A stretch of 59,345 nt of DNA, counting the filler, from Sphacelaria rigidula (taxonomy: Eukaryota), in assembly GCA_964200075.2 (NCBI GenBank). It is 6 parts of 6 records of this genome, joined end to end, with 100 filler letters (N's around TTAATTAATTAA, not from the genome) between each part and the next. Parts side by side here need not be neighbours in the genome. Positions count along the whole stretch, not along the records: positions 19,817 to 29,624 come from CAXNAA020007717.1; positions 29,725 to 39,531 come from CAXNAA020007718.1; 4 more parts are not named here. One strand, written 5' to 3'. Shown piece by piece: positions 25,101 to 35,800 of the stretch. The notes beneath the pieces were generated by a model. It saw nothing but the letters and a program-made list of their open reading frames with translations, ran no database searches and was not told the origin of the DNA. Position 1 is the first letter of the stretch. Every line of letters starts with the position of its first letter. Made by a program: the position numbers and the translations under genes.

Positions 25101-26165
25101 TCACCCCAGCCGTGTTCCTAGTGCGGTCGATGGACACATATACGCCGGAGACCTCCCCTACTTCCTGTAAGAACGGGCCTTGCCGCCCACGCGGTACCTC
25201 ACAGGGGATGGGATCAGGGATACGAGGTACTGGATCCGAAATTCCAGCCACAGATCGTGCAAGGTGAACAGCTTCGGATGTTCCCGTGCCTCGGGAGGGA
25301 CTACACGGTTTCAAGTGGTTGGGTACATCAACCACACCATTTGGTGCCGCGCCCGCAGTGGTCCCCAAAGTGACCTCCTCCGATAGTGTGTGAAGACTGG
25401 ATGGTCTTTCCCCCGAGATCTTCCGCAAGGAAAATCGGCCAAAGCCTGGGCCGCCCCCGGCTGACCCGGAGCCAGAGAGAGCAGGCCCCCACATGGTAGC
25501 ACATGAAACCGCTCCCTTCTACGGGTAACGGCGCCGAGAACATCGTGAGCCCCGAGCGCCGTGACGCGACATGTTTCCCTCACCTAGGACGAATTCACCT
25601 TTTGGGCTACCCAAACCATGTGACGGTACCGTCACATCAGGGCTGTCTTTGTCCCTAGTGGCTGTCGGACGTAAGCAACGCTCACCACGACAGCTGGCCT
25701 GGACCAGTGGCCCTTGTGCCCGCACACCCACACCACTGAGGGAAGAGAGACCGTCCGGGGCGCCACCCCGAGACCTGTCCCCTCCCCGTCGGTCGAATTC
25801 CACCCCGCGAGACTGGCGCGCGGTAGATTTCGTAAAAAGCGCCGGGTCTACCTCCGCCTCGCAAGTATTCCCCGAAAGTTGCTCAGACCCTGCGGCTACC
25901 TTCACAACAGAACCCCCCCCCTCACCTTTACCGATACCCCCAGACAGAATGTACCCTGCCTCCTTGCCATAGTCCACGCTGTGCCGACGGGAGATGACAG
26001 ACAATCCGCCACATACGGCAGGCTCGGCCTGCTGTGGAATCAATGACACAGGCGACCGATTTTTTTGAGCTCGACGAGCATCATGTTGCACTGACCCTTG
26101 TGCTGCCGGTAAAGTGGCCCGAACTTTACCGTCGAAACACCATTTCTTATGAGGGTAGTTGTCGA

Positions 26166-28139
26166 TCAAGTAGGAGCGCCGGCGGCGCTGCCATCGCACC
26201 CATTTCTGGCGGACGTCCTCCGCGTCCCCTCACCCATCAAGTGATGTATTAAACGCGATATATTCATATACTCCTCCGGACACTCGTGAGCCGAAGTGTG
26301 ATCGGCGCTGCTGCAGTTGAGACAATAGGGCCCGAATGCTTCCCGCGCTTTGTTCTTCAGCTCCCGGGTGGGGAAAAGCTCATAGAACGGAGGGTCTCGG
26401 CTCTTGCCGAACCTGTCCGAAATACCCCGCCCCACCATATACACAGATTCCATCTCGCAATCCTCGCCGGAGAAATCGCGCATCTCCGTGATGCTCATCA
26501 CGATCCCGCCGAAAGACCTACCCTCGCCCGCTTTAGGCGGATAACGGCTACGCGCCGCTCCCTCTCCAGAATCCTGCCCGAGTCGCGGCGCGTGCTCCCG
26601 CATCGTGTTGGATCTGAACTGGTCCAACGTGCCCATCAGCGACTCCAGGGAATCGAACGGCGTCGCACAATCATCGCGACCCGCAAACACATGACCACTA
26701 ATCCCGGGAAACTGATCCTGGATGGTCATTTTAATCGCCGACTGCACTTGCTCCTGATCTGGGGCCATCTCAGCATCCAACCACTGAATAATTATCACCA
26801 AAATGAGGAGATTTCGCGAATAGTCCGCAAAGCTCGTCCCCTCGGACGTCCGGACATTAACCAACTCTCGTAAAACGGCATCCGGGATGAGGCAACCGAG
26901 TTCCGTAGTAATAACCTGCACCAAGTACGCCAGGGTATCCAACCCCGATGCACCCTCTGCCAGTAAACGAGTCACAGTTGACATCAAGTTCGCAATTCTC
27001 ATAGCAACACTCGGCACTTTTAGAACGTCGGACTCCACGCACCTTTTATGATCGAGCAACGAAAGCCAGTCTTGTCCACAACACGGCCAGCTACTCGCTT
27101 TCAGCGCGTAAAGCGCGCGAATGAACCCGCGTGTCGACCACTCCTGCGGGCACTGTTCACGGTAGAACACAATACGCGGCTCCGACAACCGCACCAATGA
27201 CACCTCCACCTCCGGAGGCTCACCGCAGCCCCAAACGGGATCCCCTGCCCCAGCCGTAGCCGGTAAACCTACCTCGACAGCATCGGCAGTATGCCGTGCC
27301 GAACGGGTCCACCGTCTCGCAGCATCTGCGGGAAGAGCCAAACACAATTCACGCGGGGGGTTCACCGACACACTGTGAGGACCGTTGCCCCGCCACGACC
27401 GCCCATGGCAGTGTCTCTCAACGCCGTCACACTCAGCACCGTCGCTATCATCACGGTGAGGGGTATCTCCACCCTCACATACATCACACTGGACGACCTC
27501 ACCGGATACCGAGGTCGCACTTAACCTACGAAGCGACGGGAGTGCCCCCGCCTCTTGACCGTTACTCCCCAAAAAGGCGGAGCTAGATTCCCCATCTAAC
27601 TGTGCCAAGATTTTGGGATCAAACCGTCGCCGTCGGACGACGATAGTATCGTCATTGGAACACATACCAAAAACCCCACTACCGACTACCGGCAAGCCCT
27701 CATGAGCGGAACCGGGGTCAATCTGACGTACCAAAACCTCTCTACCCTTTTCCGGGGGTTCGGGGGCCGAAACCGCCCTCCCCCCACCCGTGTCAGCCGT
27801 AAGCTTATCCCCTTTAACCTTACCAGCCATACCCTTACCTAGCGAGGTCGACCTCGACGCACTCGCCTTACCCTCCGACAAAGGAGGGCAGTTCTCACCA
27901 ACATGTGCAGATTTACAATCCAACTTGTGAGACGAACTTTCTGAACGAGCCGATATGCGAGCAGAATGTACGCTACGCCTCGACGAATCCGACCCATAAT
28001 CACCACGCGCCGCTCTAGCCGCGCGCGCCGCAACCCGACGCGGAGATGCAGCCGGGCGTGAGGCCGCAGCAGACCGCTGGGACCGCGTGACCGGACATCT
28101 CCCCCCACGCTTACCTCGAGGACCCGTCGCACCTGACAT
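26166..28139 (-). CDS. Retrotransposon Gag-like ORF with C-terminal zinc knuckle
   Basis: Long open frame; the first ATG after the LTR/PBS is at 28139 (MSGATG...). CLNCSSADHTSAHEC = CX2CX4HX5C. It appears to continue through a frameshift into RWQRRRRSY (26199). Confidence 0.75.
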   Translation of the reverse strand: MSGATGPRGKRGGRCPVTRSQRSAAASRPAASPRRVAARAARAARGDYGSDSSRRSVHSARISARSESSSHKLDCKSAHVGENCPPLSEGKASASRSTSLGKGMAGKVKGDKLTADTGGGRAVSAPEPPEKGREVLVRQIDPGSAHEGLPVVGSGVFGMCSNDDTIVVRRRRFDPKILAQLDGESSSAFLGSNGQEAGALPSLRRLSATSVSGEVVQCDVCEGGDTPHRDDSDGAECDGVERHCHGRSWRGNGPHSVSVNPPRELCLALPADAARRWTRSARHTADAVEVGLPATAGAGDPVWGCGEPPEVEVSLVRLSEPRIVFYREQCPQEWSTRGFIRALYALKASSWPCCGQDWLSLLDHKRCVESDVLKVPSVAMRIANLMSTVTRLLAEGASGLDTLAYLVQVITTELGCLIPDAVLRELVNVRTSEGTSFADYSRNLLILVIIIQWLDAEMAPDQEQVQSAIKMTIQDQFPGISGHVFAGRDDCATPFDSLESLMGTLDQFRSNTMREHAPRLGQDSGEGAARSRYPPKAGEGRSFGGIVMSITEMRDFSGEDCEMESVYMVGRGISDRFGKSRDPPFYELFPTRELKNKAREAFGPYCLNCSSADHTSAHECPEEYMNISRLIHHLMGEGTRRTSARNGCDGSAAGAPT

Positions 28140-28197
28140 GACCAAAGCACTCGAGCAGACAGGCGAAATCCCCCAAGCAGCAGCACAGCAAACCAGT

Positions 28198-28560
28198 TGT
28201 CGACGCCACTCTGAGGAACCTGAACTTCGCTCTGAGACACGGAGGTCCCTTCTTCTCGCGTGTAGATACCTGTGTCTGTGCTGCTGTTGTGGGACTGGCA
28301 CTCGGAGCTGAGGAGAGCTGCTGAGGCGGTAGCAGGGGACGTCTCTTCGTTGAAGGGTGTAGTTGCTGGTGGAAAGGAGCCAAAACTTGAGTCGTGTAGG
28401 CTTTCATATATCTTTTTTTATTAGCACCTAGTATTCTTGTAGAAAACCAAAGCCCACTTGTTGTGGGGATGGTGAGAACTGAACAAGGGTGGGGCGTGCC
28501 AAACTCTGCACGGCCCACTCCAAACCATGACGAGAAGATCCTCCGCACCTGGTCGTCACA
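28198..28560 (-). repeat. Putative 5' LTR (~363 bp)
   Basis: On the minus strand it starts TGTGACG and ends CGTCGACA (imperfect terminal inverted repeat). It contains AATAAA and a TATA-like GATATATGAAA, and is followed by AC + TGG at the PBS position. No second LTR is available for confirmation. Confidence 0.6.
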
Positions 28561-28827
28561 TTCTTTCCACTATCTTGACAGCTCCTCGTTACTTATTCGC
28601 CCCCCCAACCGTCCCTAAGTATCAAATCAGACACGCCTGGCCAAAGGATATATCCCCTACTCTTGACCCTCTCGCATCCATATCAACGCAGTCTGTGCAA
28701 GTCTCTTGCATCAACCCTGTCTATGTCAACATCAACCCTATCTGTATCAATATCTCTAGAAACTGTCAAAGCTTCCCAATGCGGCACTGCAGTCATACTC
28801 CACTATACTCTGATAACACCCTTTTTA

Positions 28828-29076
28828 CGACTAATGCCGAGATAGCCCCGCCACAAAAAGTGCACCGGAGACCGTCCGACGAACCGGCTGCGATCCCACT
28901 ATTGGGCTCGTTTGCAGCAATTTCGCCCACAGAGTGGCGTGCAGTAGTCCGAAATCAGCTATAACGCCCAAATGAGTTGCGTCGTGCAGCACGAAACCAG
29001 CTCTAACGGCATTTATGATCATCGCCTCCGTGCACGTTTTTGGCCGGTTCGGGGGGGGCTATCTCGGCAGCAGTCT
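28828..29076. mobile_element. TA-flanked MITE (Tc1/mariner-like)
   Basis: TA|CGACTAATGCCGAGATAGCCCC ... GGGGCTATCTCGGCAGCAGTCT|TA, plus an inner inverted match (AAAAAGTGCAC / GTGCACGTTTTT). Confidence 0.65.
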
Positions 29077-29624
29077 TACCCACAATCACTGCTTTTACCG
29101 ACTATGTTCCAATCTAATGATCCAGCTGAATTCTGAGCTCATCACAGAAATGCAATATCAAGCCGGACTCGTCAACGGGTCTGAGGCGGCATGACAACAG
29201 GCTAATATACATCCTCATGACACGTTACTCCTCCGGTGGTATCGTCATCGAGACGCGTGTACATCGCATATGTTCGGTGCACCTAGCCACAGCTGCTTGA
29301 CTGCTGCAGAGTTTTGGAGGGGAGGACGGTTTGCCTTGGTGTATATGTTTCGCGCCATCCCGGCAAAAACGATGTGCCGCTTGGACCCCATTTCAGTGTG
29401 TAACCCCAAAAATTAGAATCCGCTGTTCAAGCGTTGCTGGCGGGACCCATATGGGACCTGCTACCCTGTAATCTGAACTTCTCTGATGTATAATCAGTCG
29501 GGTGCTCAGCAGGCTGTGTGCGTGTGTTGTAAAGGCAAAAAAAAAGCCATGTGAGGACATCCTAGACTGAGGCCAGATATGGTTATGGTTTCACCAGGAA
29601 CAAGGGTGTTCTATGATCAACCAC

Positions 29625-29724
29625 NNNNNNNNNNNNNNNNNNNNNNNNNNNNNNNNNNNNNNNNNNNNTTAATTAATTAANNNNNNNNNNNNNNNNNNNN
29701 NNNNNNNNNNNNNNNNNNNNNNNN
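29625..29724. other. Artificial linker
   Basis: N44-TTAATTAATTAA-N44. Confidence 0.98.
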
Positions 29725-29800
29725 CTGATGACTACGGCATGCATGATCATGAGTACACCCCTCCCCCCCCCTCCGAACCCTTCAACCCTGTGACCCTAAG

Positions 29801-32800
29801 GCGGATCCCAAGATGCCCAAGTCGCGTAAACTGCTGGCCGTGCCATTCGTAGGGAAGGACGTGCCTTCCCGAGCGTCGGAGTTCAGCCATCCAGATGTGG
29901 TCATTGGTAAGTGTACGGTATTACATCATAGCTGTCGCAATACCTGGAGTTAGCACATTATGCGCTTTGTCCTCTACAGTGGATGGCAAACGTCATGATG
30001 TAATGAAGCACTGAACGGTTCTTGTAATATACGACTTGTGACGGTTTAATAGACAACCAACTAGACTACTCTCAAACCGTCACAGACTGCAGCAGATCGC
30101 GTCAATACTTTGAATAACATTACTGGGTGTTGGATACATTTCGACGCTCATGTTGTCCAGGCGATGTTTGCGAGCCTTCATAGCTAGCGTCCACACTTGC
30201 TCGTAATCCTCGAGCGATTGACTCTCGGTATGCCATGATCTTATGTGCTCAAGTCCGCAACGGCCATAGCTATCACTAGCGCGTCGGTTGGGAATGCTCC
30301 GAAGTGTACGGTACTGTGGTATGCTACACCAACAAAATTGAGTTCCATCTATGATATTAAGTAAAGCACTTGTTTGCGCGATATGGGGCTGTGCATCGGC
30401 GCACTTCACCGGCTAGGTTTGACGATTCTGGCGTATCGGTATGAGGGGCTGCGCATGTCGGACTTCAAGGCCACTCTAAGGGTTCTCAAGGAGGAGATGG
30501 AAGAAGAGCAGAACGGACCATACCATCTCAGACCTGCGTGCCAGACCTTCGTGAAGTGGGTCACTTTGGCTGGAGGCTCCGTGCGAGGCGGTAAGCACCG
30601 CGATAGTGGTGCTGCTGCTGCGGCCAATGGTGAGTAGTCTCAGCAATCTTTCTATTTCTACTGTTGGGATGTCCAATGCGGCATGTGTAGTTATGATGTG
30701 CTTGCTGTTGCTTTTTTTCGCATCCGTCTTGAGTTGAGTCTACTTATCTCTAAATTGTGAGGGCACTGGTGAGTGGTTCTTGAATCTGGTGTATAGAATA
30801 TCGCGTGCGCGGTAAATGATGCCGGGATGAGCACATACCTAGAGTCGTGGTCATCTTCCGAGTTTTACCACATTACGGCCTTCTTAGTTTTCCGATGCCG
30901 CCCAAGCCGGCCCCAATTTTTGCTTTTGCCCTCGTGTTTGCCCCCTTCCAAGAGTTTCCTTCAGCAAGCGCTTACGTCGTGCTGACCTTTCATACGCCTA
31001 CCCTGTGGATGATGACCACAGCTGAATTCCTGGGGAATGAGGTATTTTTCGACGATCATTAAACCAAACAATCTCGCAGTTGCTGTGCGGTATAGTTATC
31101 TGTATTAGTGTTTCCTGTGCCGTACGCACTTGCTGTTGGTACACGAGCATCTGAATGCTGTTGCAAAATTGACCCACCAGGATTATTTCGACGGGTCTTA
31201 TTTTCCCTCGCCTCATATGACAGGTGTCACGCCGCCTCCAGTGCCAGCAGGCGAGGGCGCCAGTAAGTCCTTAATAGCACTGGAAGGCGAAGGGTACGGG
31301 GAAGGGTGGGCCGTGCCGGCGGCGGATGAGGAGTCTACCGTGGTAAAGGGGGAGTTCGAGAACCTTTGGCCCTTGCAGCTGGTGGACCTGAGGGACAAAG
31401 AGATGCTTGGTACGCTCTTCCGCCTCCTGCGGACGTTGCCTCAGGTACGACCCCCCACTTTGCCATCATCTTTTTTCAGGTAATCGGTCAAAATGTAACT
31501 TTAGAGGTGTTGGATTCAAGGCCGTTCGTTTCCCCCGCGTATCATTGTCGACCCTTTGGTTGTCGTAGCTTCTTTCTCACCCTTGTACTGCCGTAGCTCT
31601 CAACGACCAAAATGTTCTCCGATGAGGGGTGTTTGCTGCCTCTCATGCTACCAAGGCCTCACGTTACCATGTACGAACACACCACAAGTGGTTCTCCGCG
31701 AAAATTGTACAGGAAGGAGTTCCAAGAGTGATCACTTCGCGTGCACCGGCTGTGCAGATTGCACCCCGGTGCGTGTCGAAGAGTGTTCGCTGTGGTCTCT
31801 AGGGTAAGGACTAGCTATCAAGGCACATTGCCGTGCACGAGGGTGCTAGTGTACCGCCCAGAGTGCCTGCGAAGCATTTGATCTCCTTCCTTTTTTTACT
31901 GCCCATGGGAGGAAACTTCCCCTTCCCGCTTGACACTCTGCACCCTAGCCCTACCCTCGCTCTGACCGATGTCCTGCCACGGCCTCTTGTGTCCGTAGAC
32001 GATTTTTGAGGTAGGCTGCTCCAGCACTAGCCCAAATCTTCAAACCCAACGCCTTACCCTTTTGCCTAATACTCCGCCCGGAACACGCTCTCACTTTCAC
32101 TTACCCCATCGTCGTACCGGAGTTGTAGGTGATAGACTACTATCTGGATACGCTGATCTTCCCAGAGACGATGGAGCACCGAGGACTCAAACTCGCTGCC
32201 AACGGGCAAGACGTGGGTGGAGACATGCTGTTCGACGTCAAACTGGGATTCTCAGGCACCCCGTCCGACCTGCTTCCGCTCGAGCTGGGAAAGTGCGTGC
32301 TGTTTTACATTTCGCAATGTGTTGTTTGAAACTGTCGACATACTGTACTATAGCTCTTGACATGTGGATCCTTCGGTGACCATTATTATATCACTAAGTA
32401 TTACTATGTTTGACTGCTATGGTTGACAGCTGTTTTGCAACACCAAGTGTTGAGAGAAAGAAGCCGATTCAACGAATGGATTACCGTCGCGGTCCAAGGG
32501 CTATGCAAACAGCTAAAATGTTTGCGGCACTGCGCGCATCGGCTGTTTTGATGAGAGATTGCGTTTCCTAGGCGAGCCATCTGTTATTTCGCGGCCCCGG
32601 ATAATTTAGAGTGTCTAGTCTACACGGTGTGTCTTCACCGCGGATCGCCAGGATTTTCTTGCTTTTCTCGACTTGACCCGCCTTTTTTGCGGTGTTGTTG
32701 CGTGTCTCTCCTGAAAGTGTTCGGCACAAGTGTGTTTTCTTTGCCGAAAAGAATGGCAGTAAATACTAGAATAGTGTCACGACTCAGTGCAGCCGCACAT

Positions 32801-35800
32801 GCAACTTGCCCCATGTTGACCTCGAGGAAATGGCGTGGACATAAAGGATGCTTGAAACGTGTATTTTGGTGGTGCTCCATAATGCCTCATGATCAGTTTA
32901 TTCCCACTGCTCTTTAGTGAGTCGAAATCATTATTGCACGGTATGTAACGTGGTCCAGGTGTCAGTTCGAGCTGGGCAATACGGCGATGATGATCCACTA
33001 CCTCACAGACATTGAGGTCACCTCCCACCGCCAACTTGGAACAAACTGGGGCGTACAATCTCTGCTAGCGGAGGTAGCGAGGTCCACGAGCCCGCCTTTC
33101 CACGCACTGATCGATGGTGGGGCACTGGTCACCGGCATGACCAACGTCGAGGTCGCCAGGTATTTGAACCCAGCAGTTTTTGTGCTAGAATGGGAGAGAT
33201 TTCATACAAGCCTGGGTTATGACGACCCGTACTTGGGCCGTAACGGTTTTCGTGCGACAAGTGTATTTGCAGACAAAACGTTTTTCATGATAGCATCCAG
33301 TCCACCCGTGTGTGTATGTGGACTGATCCCTCGCATTGACTGGAAGCGCTGCAACCCGGAGTACGTCACCATTGTGGCAGCTGACAGAAGGGGAATTTAG
33401 AGTGCTCGTTTTCTCTCATAATCGCCGCGTGCCGTGTACTGTGGTACCTTGGAGAAACCCTGGGAGCCCCTCCATGTTTTCAACGTATGCAACACCGCTC
33501 GCCGCTCGCGTGCTTTTCCAAGATGTGGAGCTAGCTACTGGATGAGCCGTTGCCATGTTTCACAAATGCGGCACGCTGCGCTCTCATTCAGCTCGAATGC
33601 CAAATACCTGTTTCCCTCAAAATATGATATATTGACACTTGGAAAAAGGGTAACCCCACCGTGTTTGCCGTCATCGTTCTTGTTTTCTTGTGCACACATA
33701 GGCACCTGCTAACGGTGGGCCTGGCGGAGTTGGAAGGTGTGGTCTACCTGGACGACCAGGATCGCAAGATGATCGTCACTCGCTCAGGAGGCATGCGGCC
33801 GCAGCTACTCGCCGATTGCCACGTGCCTCCAGATCTGCGGTTCACATTTTACGATCAGGTCCACACAACAGGTGCGTGCATCAACCAGTCTCCGTGCAGA
33901 CGACATCCTCACTCTGAGCCCCTCCTACATGTGGCCCGGCTGAAGCATCACCTTTTTACATCGCACAGCACACGCTGCCGCTCTTTATATTATTTCCCTA
34001 GTGTAAGATTTCGAGGTACATCACTCGTGACGATAAGCAACACGGCCTCGATGTTATCTATAAACAAGGCCTCTCGTTGTCTTGAGATCCCGTGTACCAG
34101 AATATTTCGACGAATATTTCCGACGAGATAACATGCAGCGAAGGTGTGGGATCAAAGATTGGCGGTTCGAACCCCGGCATGACCATTTGTAGAAGGAACG
34201 AATTTGACATGGGAACAGCGAGGCTTGCGAGGGTCAAGGGACCCCGGAGATCACTGATGTGTCATGGCGGACGGACCACACAACATCTCTTTTGTTCATA
34301 AAGCGAACAGTTTACCCATTGTACCAGTGAAATCTCACTGGTTGAATGGGTAAACTGTTCGCTTTATGAATATGGGCTTCAGGCTGGGAATTTCGTTTAC
34401 CTTGCCGTACTTCTCGCATAACCCACACTCCGCTACACTACCATACTGCCGCTCTGCCACGTTGTTCCAGAGGCTCAAACGTTGAGCACGTTACGCTACA
34501 CACCCCACTGCATAGTTGCACGGGTTTGGCCAACAAGTAGGGACTGTCGATCGTGGCCGCAGTACCGCTCGGAAAAGGTAGCTTCTGTATTTGCGAAATG
34601 TTCGACACGCGCTCGTTCGAACCAAACCGAACCATATTGCGGCACAAAGGAGCGTGTACAATCACTTTGTCATCATTCACTGAGAGTGGGGTAGCATCTG
34701 TCCTTCTAGCGAACTATAGACGAAACATTCCTTAGCGGAGGCATGAAAATCTCCACTCGATCATCCTCACCAACCTGCGTGTTGAATCGATGAAGAGTTC
34801 GATCATCATTGTACGTGCACACATGTCACATGTTGTGGTATACATGCACACATATCACATGTGTGGAACATAACCATGGCTACCTCCTCCAAGAACGCCT
34901 GTTCTAGACTGTCGGTTGGGTCGTAGCTGACAGCTGACTTCATAAATGGGGCATGCCGCATGCCAGGCACGGCATGCTGTAGAACAATAGTGCGTCAATT
35001 TTCACATGATATATCGATGACTGTTGGAACGTAACTGCCTGAGGGTCTGTCGAAGAAATAACTTGGCATTACTCTCTTTTGAGACGTTCGTGCCGTCGTA
35101 CTATCACCAACACCGCTGTTGCAATTGTTTCACCTCCAAAACAAGGTATGGATATCAAGCAGGGGCTGTCGGCCGTGGCTGCGGTCACGCTCGGAAAGGA
35201 TATGACTTTCAGGGACTACGCGCAGGGGGCATTCCGGATGCGAGGCATTGGCAAGGGCCAGAAGGTACAGGTGCTCATAATCCCTGAGGTGCAGCGACTA
35301 ATTGCCAGTCAGGTTGCGGCGGGAGAGGGAACGACTCGCCAGGAGCGGGAGCAGAGACTGCAGGTGTGTTGTTGTCTACCTCGGCGTTTTACGCTCCGTC
35401 GATTTGATGAATCACTGGATACAGAGAGTAGACTGCTTCCTTGGAGTACTTCTTGAACTACAGGCCCGCCGTACGGTACGCGGATTTTATTAACCCAACC
35501 CGCAGCTCACATACTGATACTGACGGCTGATAACCATCGTAGCGCATACAAAGCGTATACTCCGCACCCGATGACGACTTCGACCGTGTATTTTTCTTAT
35601 AATCGTGTGGGCTGGAGGGGAGCGTGTGCCGTGGCGAGCCTCCGGTCGTGTCATTCGCATCGAGGGGTTCGATGGTACAGTTGGTGGCTCTGCAACAAAT
35701 GCAGTGAAAACAAGCACGAAATGGTGTCTTACAAAGGGCCAATAGTGCTTGATATAGGAAGGGCGTGGCTTTACTGGAACAGTGTGAAGCGAAAGTACAT

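Larger units (their letters stand above)
19900..28560 (-). mobile_element. Ty3/Gypsy chromovirus-type LTR retrotransposon, degenerate (3' LTR not within this piece)
   Basis: Domain order is LTR-gag-PR-RT-RH-IN-chromodomain. PR: LLDSGSPATFI. RT: PIKQRPYR, SSWSSPLVVVNKKDGGIRF, MPMG, LYIDD (~23553-23567). RH: VTDASKDGLGAV, ELEAGAIV. IN: HHCC region and VDLFSR. Multiple frameshifts and stops. Confidence 0.95.

Noticed and set aside
26286..26873. Plus-strand ORFs overlapping gag/pol
   Set aside because: Antisense shadows of GC-rich retrotransposon coding sequence.
28140..28301. N-terminal 54 aa of the 711-aa ORF
   Set aside because: They lie in the LTR/leader and start at a non-ATG codon; gag more plausibly starts at 28139.
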